From: Lepidodermella squamata
Taxonomy: Eukaryota; Animalia; Gastrotricha
Assembly: GCA_047495785.1 (NCBI GenBank)
Contig: JBLDXI010000042.1
Span: forward strand, 124,001 to 188,000
Length of the DNA: 64,000 nt
Direction: 5' to 3'
Shown here: positions 24,278 through 34,697 of the stretch, piece by piece
Layout of the letters: every line of letters starts with the position of its first letter
How positions within the stretch are numbered: position 1 is the first letter of the stretch
Made by a program: the position numbers and the translations under genes
The notes under the pieces: model-generated
What the model was told of the DNA's origin: nothing
What the model saw: the letters and a program-made list of their open reading frames with translations, nothing else
Database searches by the model: none

Positions 24278-25131
24278 GATAAAGTCTAAATATTTCTCTC
24301 AATTGTCTTACACATGACAGCAAAGATTGCATTGGCGATCGTCGTTTTGGTAAGAAGCTCCTCATAGTCTGTAACATGTAATAATCTATCGTTTATAGGC
24401 CGCTGTTACTCTCGTGGCACTCGCACACAAGGAAGGAGATTCCTGCAGTTTCAGCGATGGTCTACCGGGCAAATATAAGAAAATCGCAAAAACTGGTCAA
24501 ATTGTTTGCTCCTTTTCATTGGGAAAGCGTGAGGAAGAACAGCCAGAGCAAGTGGCACGGGAAACCTGTACACTTCCTAACGGAAAGCCTGGCAAGTATC
24601 GGCCTGTTGGTATTGGCGATCTCAAATATTGTGGGCCTATCAAGTGGAGACGATAGACTGGCGTCCGAGGCGAGCTAAGCAATAGAGCTCTGTGATCGAA
24701 GTTATGCGGATTCAGATTCAAATAAACCTGGGCAGTTTCGAACGGCGCGCGAAGTAGGATTCTCGGCCGGAATTTTATGACAGAAGGGTTCCCAGTCGTC
24801 TTTTTGGGGTTTCACCTCATTTCCCCCTGTACTTTGCGCATTGGTTTCAAGCCATGTTACATCGGGATCCCAATCAAAAGTCATTGGTCTTACAAAGGTT
24901 AGTTTTTTACAAAGGTTTATATCATATTGATTGACGACGAGATTGATTGATTGAAATGAACTGACGAGATGACGAAGCAAAGAAGAAAACATCCCCGGTA
25001 TAAAAGCTGGCTATTTGCTCACGTGGGGAATTGTGCTATGAACCGGGCGATGCGATAACAACTCAACAAAACAATGTTGTTGTGAATCCCCGTATTGAAT
25101 CAGTCGCTCTCCTACCACTCACCGCTACGGC
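24278..25131. repeat. Duplicated block matching ~17680-18068, ~18521-18790 and ~19137-19263
   Basis: Near-identical sequence blocks separated by deletions relative to the P3-P4 interval. Confidence 0.85.
24314..24656 (+). CDS. Secreted peptide precursor P7 (exons 24314-24349, 24399-24656), protein identical to P3
   Basis: Recent duplicate of 17716-18058 with one synonymous difference seen (atc/att); the 3' UTR is deleted. Confidence 0.82.
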
Positions 25132-25250
25132 TAAGCCTGCTCTATTATTAATTTCGGTTTTTTGCTAACCATACCAATGACTGGCACAAAGATCTTCGAG
25201 TTGGCCGAACGAGCTCAGATCATTAATTCATTTTCATCTTTCATCAATTA

Positions 25251-25430
25251 ATGGCATATCTCTCTTCAGTAACCGCTGTTCTGGTAAAATCAACTATCCC
25301 TATTTCCTAATTCACGTTGAATGTTTTACTTCATCTAACAGGTTGCGCTCAGCTCTCAGCATTGTCTTGGCATCGGCTGATGCTTATATAAAGAATGGAG
25401 ATGGATGTATCTTCAGTGGACACGAACTCG
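25251..25430 (+). pseudogene. Peptide gene P8 (B-type), 7-nt duplication frameshift and truncation
   Basis: MAYLSSVTAVL|VALS, then an extra tctcagc gives a stop at 25378-25380. The remnant ADAYIKNGDGCIFSGHEL ends at a 44-bp tandem repeat. Confidence 0.78.
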
Positions 25431-25672
25431 AAGATCCATGTGATGATGCCGAATAAGAAATGCTAAATTCATATGAGATCCATGTGATGATGCCTTATAC
25501 GAAATGCTAAAAATTTCGAAAGGCGCTGTTGTCTAAACTGGATAATTAAAATGGGGTTGGGTTGCAATGGTTTTTTATTGTAACGATAATTTGAAGATAA
25601 ATTCACACGAGTGCTGCTCTCTGCCCTATCCTCATCGCACCCAAAAGCCTGTTTTTAATCATCAAGAGACTG

Positions 25673-25934
25673 TCAATACGTTTCCTTCGGCTGCAATTCC
25701 TCGCGCTTTCCCGCATTCGGATCGCAAAACAGTTGATTTTGCCCGAGATGTAACCCAAAAATGTGCACGCATCTCCTTCCTTCGGTTGCTGTTGCTGTTT
25801 TTGTTGTTCAGCGAATGACATGAGAGTAAGAGCGGCCTATGCATAAATATAACCAATGATTATTAAAGACTATAACGATGAACGATGATGATCCTCACCA
25901 AAACGACAATCGCCAATGAAAGCTTAGCTGCCAT
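25673..25934 (-). pseudogene. Peptide gene P9 (inverted, P5-like), frameshifted, second peptide lost
   Basis: MAAKLSLAIVVL|AALTLMSFAEQQKQQQQPKEGDACTFLGYISGK, then a deletion; the shifted frame reads NQLFCDPNAGKREELQPKETY*. Confidence 0.78.
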
Positions 25935-27115
25935 GGTTTTTTAATAATTGAAAGAAATAATTCGAATGTGAAAACTTGAATAATGAACCGAGTATAGATG
26001 AGCTTCTCGATAAGCACTTTGCCAGTCATCTCACTAGGCTTACGTCGGCCATCGGCTCGATTGTTTACAAGCTATTATTACTGGCATGTTAGACCGACGA
26101 TCAAATGCGCCGTAACACCGTAACAGAGCGACAGAGGCAGATGAGGCAGAGTTAGAGGCAGAGCGACAGAGCAGCAGAGCGCGGACAAGCACAGTAATAG
26201 TAAAAACATAATAATAAGTGCAAGGCGATTCTCCCAGTGAGTAATACTATGGTAATAAACTGACCTGCGAACTAATCGTCCTAAGTGACGGCAAAGAGTG
26301 AATGGACTGAGATGAGAGGTGCCCAAGCTAATTCTCTATAAAAGCAACTGATCTGCGGCTTTGAACTGCCCTGCTGCCATCAGCATGGATCATGGATTCA
26401 CCCCTCATCCCAACTTTTGGTCTGAATTCACATGTATCACATCCTTAAAGAAGCTATTTCAACGACAATAAGATGAACATGCGGTTTAAGAATATCTCCC
26501 GCAACTTGAATTGTTCCTCTGTCGATGGTTAGATGGTTGGATTTCTTCATATCAAATTCGCTTAAAGCCGGGCTGCTAGGCTTAAAAAAACAGGCGTAGT
26601 CACCCGTTAAACCAGTGCTTTTCAAGAAAGCCTGAAACCGTTTGACAAGTTACTGCACAATTTCAGCGAGAAATCACCCTTCGATATTTGAACCGCAGAT
26701 TTCCTCAATGTTGCAATTTTCAGTTGTTCACAATTCACAATGAGAAATCAATTGTTAAATATCTGCAAAATGTTGGTGCCATCATGTAGAGAATGCAGTT
26801 CTGAGTTAGACTCTTGGGGTCTCAACTTTAATGGGTCAGCTGAGGATAAGAAAAAAATGCCTTAGGACCCCGGCAAAAACACAAGAAGAACCATTTATCG
26901 GAAAACATCAGGCCGGAAAATTCTTAGTGGCTCAGACCTGGCCAACCTAGTGCTAAAGATCGCTGATCGGCCTGACCAGTGGATCGAAATCAATTCTTCA
27001 AGCTGGTCAGGATCATAGCCAAACAATGCCAATGCACAAATTCACATCCTTATAACTCAAAAATCTCTCTACACAACATTGAGGTCTGGCGATGTATGGG
27101 AAATATTTCTTAGCT

Positions 27116-28381
27116 TCATTCTAGCATCTTGCGGCCATAATATAAGATGATCGCCGAAACTGTGAGAAACGCACTCGTCGCCACTAGAACATCGATGATT
27201 CTCAGCAGTCTAAAACCTTTCGAGGCGTCCCCTCTCCATAGACGAGTTTTGCCGAATTTATGCTCGCTGAGAGTAAGCGTGACCAAGGCGTAGATAGTGA
27301 TTAGGCCACAGATAACGTTCGCGCTTATCAAGATGTTGATCAGATAAATTTCATCGGCGGTCCGTGGGATGAGGGAGTCGACCAGCGCTAATAGGACTGA
27401 CGTCGCCAGGTTGACTGTAATGCAGAAGTTTGGCCGATCAGGGTGTCGCGGGTCCATGATCAGCGCTGAAATTTGCAAGATGAACAGGGTCGAAGAAGGG
27501 ACGAGAACATTGCCAACGTAGTACTCATGCTTCCGCTTCAGCATCAAGTTGATCGTTGCATGTGGATATGTCTTCGCATTTGAAAGCGATCCGTTGAACT
27601 CGATAAACTGCCAAATTTCGTTGTTGCGCAGAGGCGAATAAAGAACATCATAGTGTATCAACTCGATTTTCAAGTCAACTTCATTCGCAAAGTTCTCATT
27701 CTCAAACTCAAAAGTGCAAGTTGCGGTATCGAATGGGAATTTCGTATACTTGAAAAAGAAACAGCTGGTTGTGAACGGACGAACTGTGTAGATGAGAAAC
27801 CTTGGTTTAGGACCAACAAATGGTTGAACTTTGATCAATCTCTCGCTGTAAGTGCTGCGATAAAAGCAGTTTTTCAGCAATATATAAACGGTTACTATCT
27901 TAACGGCCGAGATTCGCCAACTGCGTTCAAGTGCTGCATGTCAGGCCACCAAACTTGATCGACTGGAACTTCGAATTGAACTCGAGATAATTGAGTAATG
28001 TTGAGTTTTTTGTAACCAGGCCACAACTCGCTTCTGATATCACGATCGCACGGGATCTCCCAAAATATGCGAAGCGACATCGTCGCCGTTAGACTAGGCA
28101 AATAGGCCGTGAAGCACAAATTCCCTATATTTTTCATAATTTGTTTCATACCTCATATCAAGATCGCTAACATCCTTAATGTAAGCAAGACTCAAGTGGA
28201 GGTAGCTGTTTATCGGCTGTGAGAAATTCTCCGTCTGCTGGTGATATTCCGCGGGCAAATTTCCAGCTAGGGCAATGGGGCACAGCTCGAAAAAGCGCTT
28301 TTTCATAGCGTCGGGTTCGTACTTTTTACTAGACACTGAATGCATGAGCGCACAAAAAATGAGTGCATTGGAAATCTGCAT
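27116..28381 (-). CDS. Divergent Cys-loop ligand-gated ion channel subunit, 3 exons (28152-28381, 27896-28093, 27116-27854), ~388 aa
   Basis: Signal peptide; loop A VWWPD; Cys loop CFFFKYTKFPFDTATC; pre-M1 LKRKHEYYV; four TM helices. Introns of 58 and 41 nt keep frame. Confidence 0.82.
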
Positions 28382-29489
28382 GAGAATTCGCACACTTGAC
28401 GAACTTCTTCAATGTTGATGAAATATTCGACCTGTTGCTAGTCAAGTGAGGAGGGCTGAAAGTTCAATCGATCAAAATGCTTCCATACATATCCACCGGA
28501 AATTGACTATGCCGCCGAACCTTCGACCCGCACTTTTTTCGATTTTAGTTGCAATTTATTACCGAATGCACATGCCTTCCTTCATCAAGTCGAATCCGAA
28601 AACAACAGATATATGGAAATAAATGCAATATCTACCATTTGCAACCATAAAATTTAGACTTTGAACAGACAGTTAGAGAACTCAGCATTACGAGATGTTA
28701 TTCTTTCATTTCGAGCAGGCATGGAAACACTGTTGTAATCGGCCAAACTGGACAGAAAAGTGACAATTTTGAGTCCGCTGTTTCGTCAATATTAAAAGGG
28801 TTTGGGACGTACTTCAGTGAAAAATCTTCAAAATATGCGTTCGCTTCGCTAGTTTTTTCGGTTGAAATCAAAAGTCATTATGGCAAATATACAGCGAGCA
28901 CAATATTTTTAATCCCTGCCAGATCGCTCACTGAATAGCAATTTGACTTTACGCAAGAGACAGGGCGCATAGAGATCACGATAAAAGACTCCTTAAATGC
29001 AATATCGATTATCGAAACAATTTTCGTGCTGGGCTAAGACAACTAGATTTTGCAACGATCGAACAGTTTACGTAACAACCAAAATCTAAGTAACGCCTGG
29101 GAAAGACTGCTGTAACCTCATTTTTAGAAGGTTTTGGTGGAAAACCCTCAAAATTTCCTCCCTTCGCTGGTGTTGTTGGTATAAAAGTTTCTTGTAATTT
29201 TCACCAATGCGGGACAACAATTTCCCCTTCGAGATAGGTAACTACCAAAAATCATTTGTAACAACCAATCGTTTGCTTAATTTTTAATTTTTAATTGGAA
29301 TTAAATTTTTGAATTCAGGAAAAAGAGGTCCTTGAAGGCTTCATAGTCTGCATTTCCACCACACTGAAAAAAATTGGATAAGAGGGCGGAGAAGTTGATT
29401 TAATTTGATTCAGACAATTTTGTTGGTTATTTTGTTTTGCAAAATCTTTCACAATGATTTGATTCGCAAATGATTCAGCCCCTTGATTT

Positions 29490-30020
29490 ACCTTGGAGTA
29501 ATGAAGGAGCCGCAGAATCGACCGAAAAAATTATCCTTTGCATTCGCCGAGGCCTCAACTTGAGCGTGAAAACTGGCGCATCAACAACAATCCGGTAGAA
29601 CAGTTTTTTCGGTGGTAGTCGCCGCCTGTCAATGTTGCGGGTGTACCAACAAACCGCGCGGCTTCGATTCGTTGGAAGCAGTTTTTCGCTCTCCAGGGGC
29701 GTCAACATCAAGGGCCAGTCTTTCCTTTCCCTGCCTATTACTGAAATGCGTCGGGAATTGAAAGAAGTCGCTAGCCGACTGGCGAAAGATGATGTGACTC
29801 TACAACAGCCTCTTCCCGAAAGGCTGATCGTCGACGAACAGTCAAATCGGAACATCGCCGGCTACATCACGGCTAAAATAAACGCGAAACGAGTCGCTGG
29901 TAAGAAACTAGCTCAAGATCTCATCCAGCCAGCACCCTCAAACAGCCGAGGCGGATTGGCAAGGCCCAATCGGGGTGTGCTGTCTATCGTCAATCATGCC
30001 ACTTATGATTGGATGTTAGC
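29490..30020 (+). mobile_element. Degraded P-element/THAP9-like transposase C-terminal fragment
   Basis: With two compensating frameshifts it reads KTG(R)INNNPVEQFFGG (cf. the NQDxxExxFG motif), then NIAGYITAKI...SRGGLARP, which resembles the P-type C-terminal region. No TIRs seen. Confidence 0.45.
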
Positions 30021-30415
30021 AATAATAATAATAATGATTAGAATTGAACTGAAGAGAACAAATTAAGTGATATATAGTCAAATGACAAAAAAATAGGAAT
30101 GCCATGTAAGGAATGGTGGCAGCTTTCTTTCATCAGCTGCTAGCTGAATTTATGAAAAATTGCACTCAGCTTCACTCGGTTACCTCTCACAGTTTTTAGC
30201 CGTTATTTATGCCAAGTATACTTGAAGGCTATTTAAGGATTAAATTATCTCCGTTTTGTTGAATCAGTAGCTCTACCGCCCTCAAAGGCTAAGTGCTCAC
30301 TTAACGATCGATTCATGTGTTGACAGAAAAAGCCGTTGTCGAGAATCTTTGGCAAATTTAATTCATTCTTCCATTTTATTCTTTGTTCATTTTCATTTTC
30401 TCTCCAATTTCTATT

Positions 30416-30731
30416 ATGGCTAAGCTCTTTCTTCTAACCGTTGTTTCGGTAAAAATTTCGGTCAGAGATGAATGAATTCTCGATGAATGTAATATTTTTC
30501 CAGGCTGCAATTGTCATTGCATCGGCCATCAAGCCAGGCGACAAATGTGAAACCCAAGGCGTACAGGGCCGTTACGAGCGCGATGAAACCGGTTCTGCTT
30601 GGATTTGCGCAGTTGAAGAAGATGGGCGTGAAGGTGGGCGGATAGGCAGGGAGTGTAAGACGAGTAATGGCAAGCCTGACAGGATTACATTAGGCGACGG
30701 TGGTTGGCATTGCCGAGCAGCTCAAGGATGA
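30416..30731 (+). CDS. Secreted peptide precursor P10 (exons 30416-30448, 30504-30731), 86 aa
   Basis: MAKLFLLTVVS|AAIVIASA-IKPGDKCETQGVQGRYERDETGSAWICAVEED-GR-EGGR-IGRECKTSNGKPDRITLGDGGWHCRAAQG*. AATAAA at ~30865. Confidence 0.85.
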
Positions 30732-30900
30732 ATGTAACACTGCTGCTGCTGCTGGGTGCGATGAGGAGGAGCAGCAAGATGAGAAGCAAGAATATCTGTG
30801 ACGAGTTTTTCAAATCGCCAAACCGTCTATATGAAAGCTAGATCTTGAATAGACTCGTTTGTTGAATAAAATGAGGCATGAGACTTTTCTCAGGGGAACG

Positions 30901-31207
30901 CCGCATTGTGTTTGAGGTTGTAAGTTGAAAAAAATCCGCACGCTGATTGGTCAGTTGGCTCGTATCCATGACTCCGCCTTGCTACTTGATCGTGCGATCT
31001 ATATAATTTGTGGCTTTTATTATTTTTATGAAGGCCGTATCGTAGCACGCGTTTCCAACAAATGCGTAAAACCATTCATAAAAAGATATTTTTTGCAAAC
31101 ATTTTATGGATCGCACGATCAAGTAGCAAGGCGGAATCATGGATACGAGCCAACTGACCAATCAGCGTGCGGATTTTTTTCAACTTACAACCTCAAACAC
31201 AATGCGG
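30901..31207. mobile_element. Foldback/MITE with ~100-bp near-perfect terminal inverted repeats
   Basis: 30901-30999 is the reverse complement of 31108-31207 with 1-2 differences; AT-rich spacer. Confidence 0.85.
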
Positions 31208-31999
31208 GCATTGTCCTTACAAACATTATTTTTTTTTAATATTTTTCAAGTGCCTTTTGCGATTGTCATACTGCGAGGCAATAAGCCAGAAAACAGACGA
31301 AACGTTCATTTTTATTGTTACTTATTGGTGGAAATTTTCCTTTTCCCTGCCATCAACTTTCATTGCAATATTTTTGTACTGGGTTCGTTTTAATGTGAGA
31401 TAAAACAGGGCGCAAAGTACGGGATGAGGGAGTGAGGGGTGTCGTAGCCCCGAGTTCGGCAGGCCAAGGTGGAAATTACCGAAAAAACCACCGATGGGTC
31501 TTTGGTCATACAAATTGAGCCCGAAGATACTCCCTAGTTTGAGGATTCCACATTGAGCATGAGCCTGTGGATACCCTGAGCGACAATTTCGGGCCTTTTA
31601 ACTGCCTAAATCAAAAAAACTAAATATGCAAATTAGCGAGAGTTTGTCTGAGGACAGTTTTATGCTGAAAGTGTAGTTTTTTGAGGAGCTGGGGCAGCAG
31701 AACCGCGGTGAGAGTTTCGCTGTGAGGAATGCTTTCTACTGCGCACTGCGCAAAAAACTTGCTCCTCGCCAATAGAACTTTCACTTTGGGCCGTTAGCAA
31801 TTTATCGTTACTAATACTATACTAATGAAGCAATTTATCGTTCACTGTCTAGATCATCTAATTTTTCGCTGGCCCCTGGGAAAATCGTTGCTTAATCAAT
31901 TTCGTCGTTTTTATAGGTCTATGAGCCGTTTTCAAAATTCAGCACCATTAACAAGTTACGTAATGTAACACCGGCGTTACAATGGGCGGATGCCCGCCT

Positions 32000-33060
32000 T
32001 ATACCTGTTGTGAGACGCAGTTGTTGTCATGTATTACTGATTGGCTGAAACTATTAGATCAACTCATTGATATAATTGTTATATACCTTGACCTGTCAAA
32101 AGCCTTCGATGTTGTGCCGATCTCTTTGTTACTATCCAAGCTCTCAGATATCAATATTTGTGGAAACCTGCACGCCTGGATAAAGGCTTTCTTGAGCGAC
32201 CGATTTTTCAGGGTAGCAGTGAATAACAGTGTGTCATCATGGTCGGCGGTCACTTCTGGAGTACCTCAGGGCTCTGTTCTAGGGCCGCTGCTGTTCTTGA
32301 TTTTCACGACAGAAGTAAATGTGTTGGTCGAGAGATCGATTGCAAAATTCTTCGCCGACGATACGAAGCTATAGCGGGCGATCCGTTCTTTAAGCGATTG
32401 CATCGAACTGCAGAAAGACTTGGATGAAATCATTAACTGGTTTGACGCTAACGGCCTGTCTGTGAATTCGAAAAAATGCGTCGTGCTTATACTCGGGCAA
32501 AACAAATTTATGTTCAAATTCAAAATTAAAGATGTCGAGCTTGATGTTGTGGACTCAGTGAAAGACCTCGGAATAATTATTGATAAAAATCTCACCTTCT
32601 CTGAGCACTGTAACGCATTGGCAACTAAATGTCACAGAATTAACGGTGTTATTTGTAAATCGTTCGCCTCTAAATCCTTACGTCTCAAAGCCTATAAAAC
32701 GTATACTTTATCTCGTCTTGACTTTTGCCCGTCTGTTTACTCACCTTACCTAATAACAGATATTGAAAAGGTCGAATCGATTCAAATCCGCTTCACAAAA
32801 CGTTTGCTATATCGTAGTACCTACTACTCATCGATCGAAGGCTCCTCCTATGAAGAACGACTAAAAAAGCTTGGGTTGTGTTCACTCGAATTAAGACGCT
32901 ACCAACACGATCTTGCGTTATGTCATAAAATGTACCAGCGTGCTGTGGACTTAAATTTCTCTGACTTCTTTAATATTTCCACTAATCCGCGCTTACCGCA
33001 TCATTCTGTTACAATGGAAAGCTACAGTCATTCTCCCCTTACCCCCCGGTCTCGGAACAC
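32000..33060 (+). mobile_element. 5'-truncated non-LTR retrotransposon (CR1/L2-like RT), one nonsense codon
   Basis: RT motifs YLDLSKAFD, SGVPQGSVLGPLLF, FADDTKL, KDLGI and SYEERLKKLGL. An in-frame TAG at 32372-32374 splits the ORF. Confidence 0.9.
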
Positions 33061-33173
33061 TGCTATCAAGCGCGTGTCAGCTCTCGCTTATTTATTTATT
33101 ATTTCGCTTATTGTTGCACCTCATTTGCGGCCGCTCTTCATCCTCATCGTAGCCGGCAGCATTGGTGTGCAAT

Positions 33174-33464
33174 TTATAATGTAGAGATCGTCGCACTGCA
33201 GTAGTATTTGCCACCATAGCCCATTTTAATCCTACCAGCCTTTCCATTTGGAGCCGTGCACCTCTCACCAAGCTTTCCTACTTCTCGCTGAGCTGCCTCG
33301 CGGCTCTTAGTGACTCCTTGTCCAGGGGCTTCTGCATAATCTGCATTTGCCATGATGGTAACAGCGGCCTATTTGGAGAGATAACAATGCATTACAAAGT
33401 CTGTAAACCATTATGTAAGACGTCTCACCAAAACGGCCAACACCAGTACGAGCTTAGCTGCCAT
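33174..33464 (-). CDS. Secreted peptide precursor P11, single-peptide variant (exons 33429-33464, 33174-33368), 76 aa
   Basis: MAAKLVLVLAVL|AAVTIMANA-DYAEAPGQGVTKSREAAQREVGKLGERCTAPNGKAGRIKMGYGGKYYCSATISTL*. Same intron position and upstream/3' motifs as the family; absent from the ORF track. Confidence 0.82.
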
Positions 33465-34697
33465 GAGTTTGAAAGTTGTTGAACGAGAAGAAAAAAGTCA
33501 ATTATCCTTATAAGATAAAAACTTGAATTATCAACTGAGCATAGATGCGCTTCTCGATGAGCACTTTACTAGGCACCCTGTTACTGCGTCGGTATTCGGC
33601 CCGATGCTTATTTAGCCTTCTATTATTAGTTCTTTGTTTTAATAGCTGCTCGTTTCATCATACGAAATCGACTTGAAGTTTTTACTAACATAAGTTTCAT
33701 TAAAATTAACGCTAATAAGTAAGAAAGTTAGCGCGTTGTTTGTTTTGGTTAGCGGATATTTCATCCCTTTCTCATATCCCCCTTCATCCCGCCTGAAAAC
33801 CGCACGCTGGCGATACCAAAAATTTTATGTCCTGGCAAAATTTTCTGGCACTGGAGAATAAATCTTCTCGTTATTCTCTTAGCATCGCCTCGCCCAAATC
33901 CAAGCTCACATTGATAGCAGTGTATTATAGCTTTTTAGCCAAATAAAAAATTCTTGCTGATAAAAAGTAACGGCGCCGAAAGCAGGGTTTCGAGTCGAAC
34001 GTCGAAATCATTATCATAACTTACGATCGAAGAGGACGGGAAAAAACATACTTTGCTTCATCTTTGTATGAGTCGGATATTAACCACTAACTCCATAACA
34101 GTAATTAGCAGTAATAGTTTTCAACGAAAATTTGAACCCAGCGAAAATTTAAGCCTAATGAAAATTTGGAGCAATGAAGTAATAATTTGTCGAGCCCAGA
34201 GAAAATCGGAAAATGAAAATAAATTATTTACACAACAAATTGTATAGCGTCGGATAGAGAAAATTCTCAACGTGGATTAACTGATTTTTTCAAATTTTTC
34301 AAAAATTTCCGGAAAAATTCGTGTTGTTGATGTAAAATGTGCATATCATAGATTAGTCGTAGATTCGTCATTTTTCTAATTTTCCTAAGTTGCCAATAGA
34401 TACTGCGATATTTTCTTACCGTAGATATTACAGTACTTTTTCAGTATAGTCACCGTATAGCTACTGAAAAACAACGTAGAAATCGTATATTGGCTATCGG
34501 CTTAAATCATGAATCATTAGAGCTTCAGAACCTTGTTAACCTTATATCGCAAAATCAGTTGTGTTAAATTCTATTAAACCACGTAAAGTTGTTTTCAAGT
34601 CGAAATCTGGCACGAGCCACGAGGCCGAGTCAAATCATGTGATTTAAGCAGGCTGTTGTAACCCTAGCCACGTTATTTTTTTGTGAATGAAAAATAA

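Noticed and set aside
30890-31403. Several overlapping ORFs with mirrored peptides
   Set aside because: Artefacts of the ~100-bp inverted repeat.
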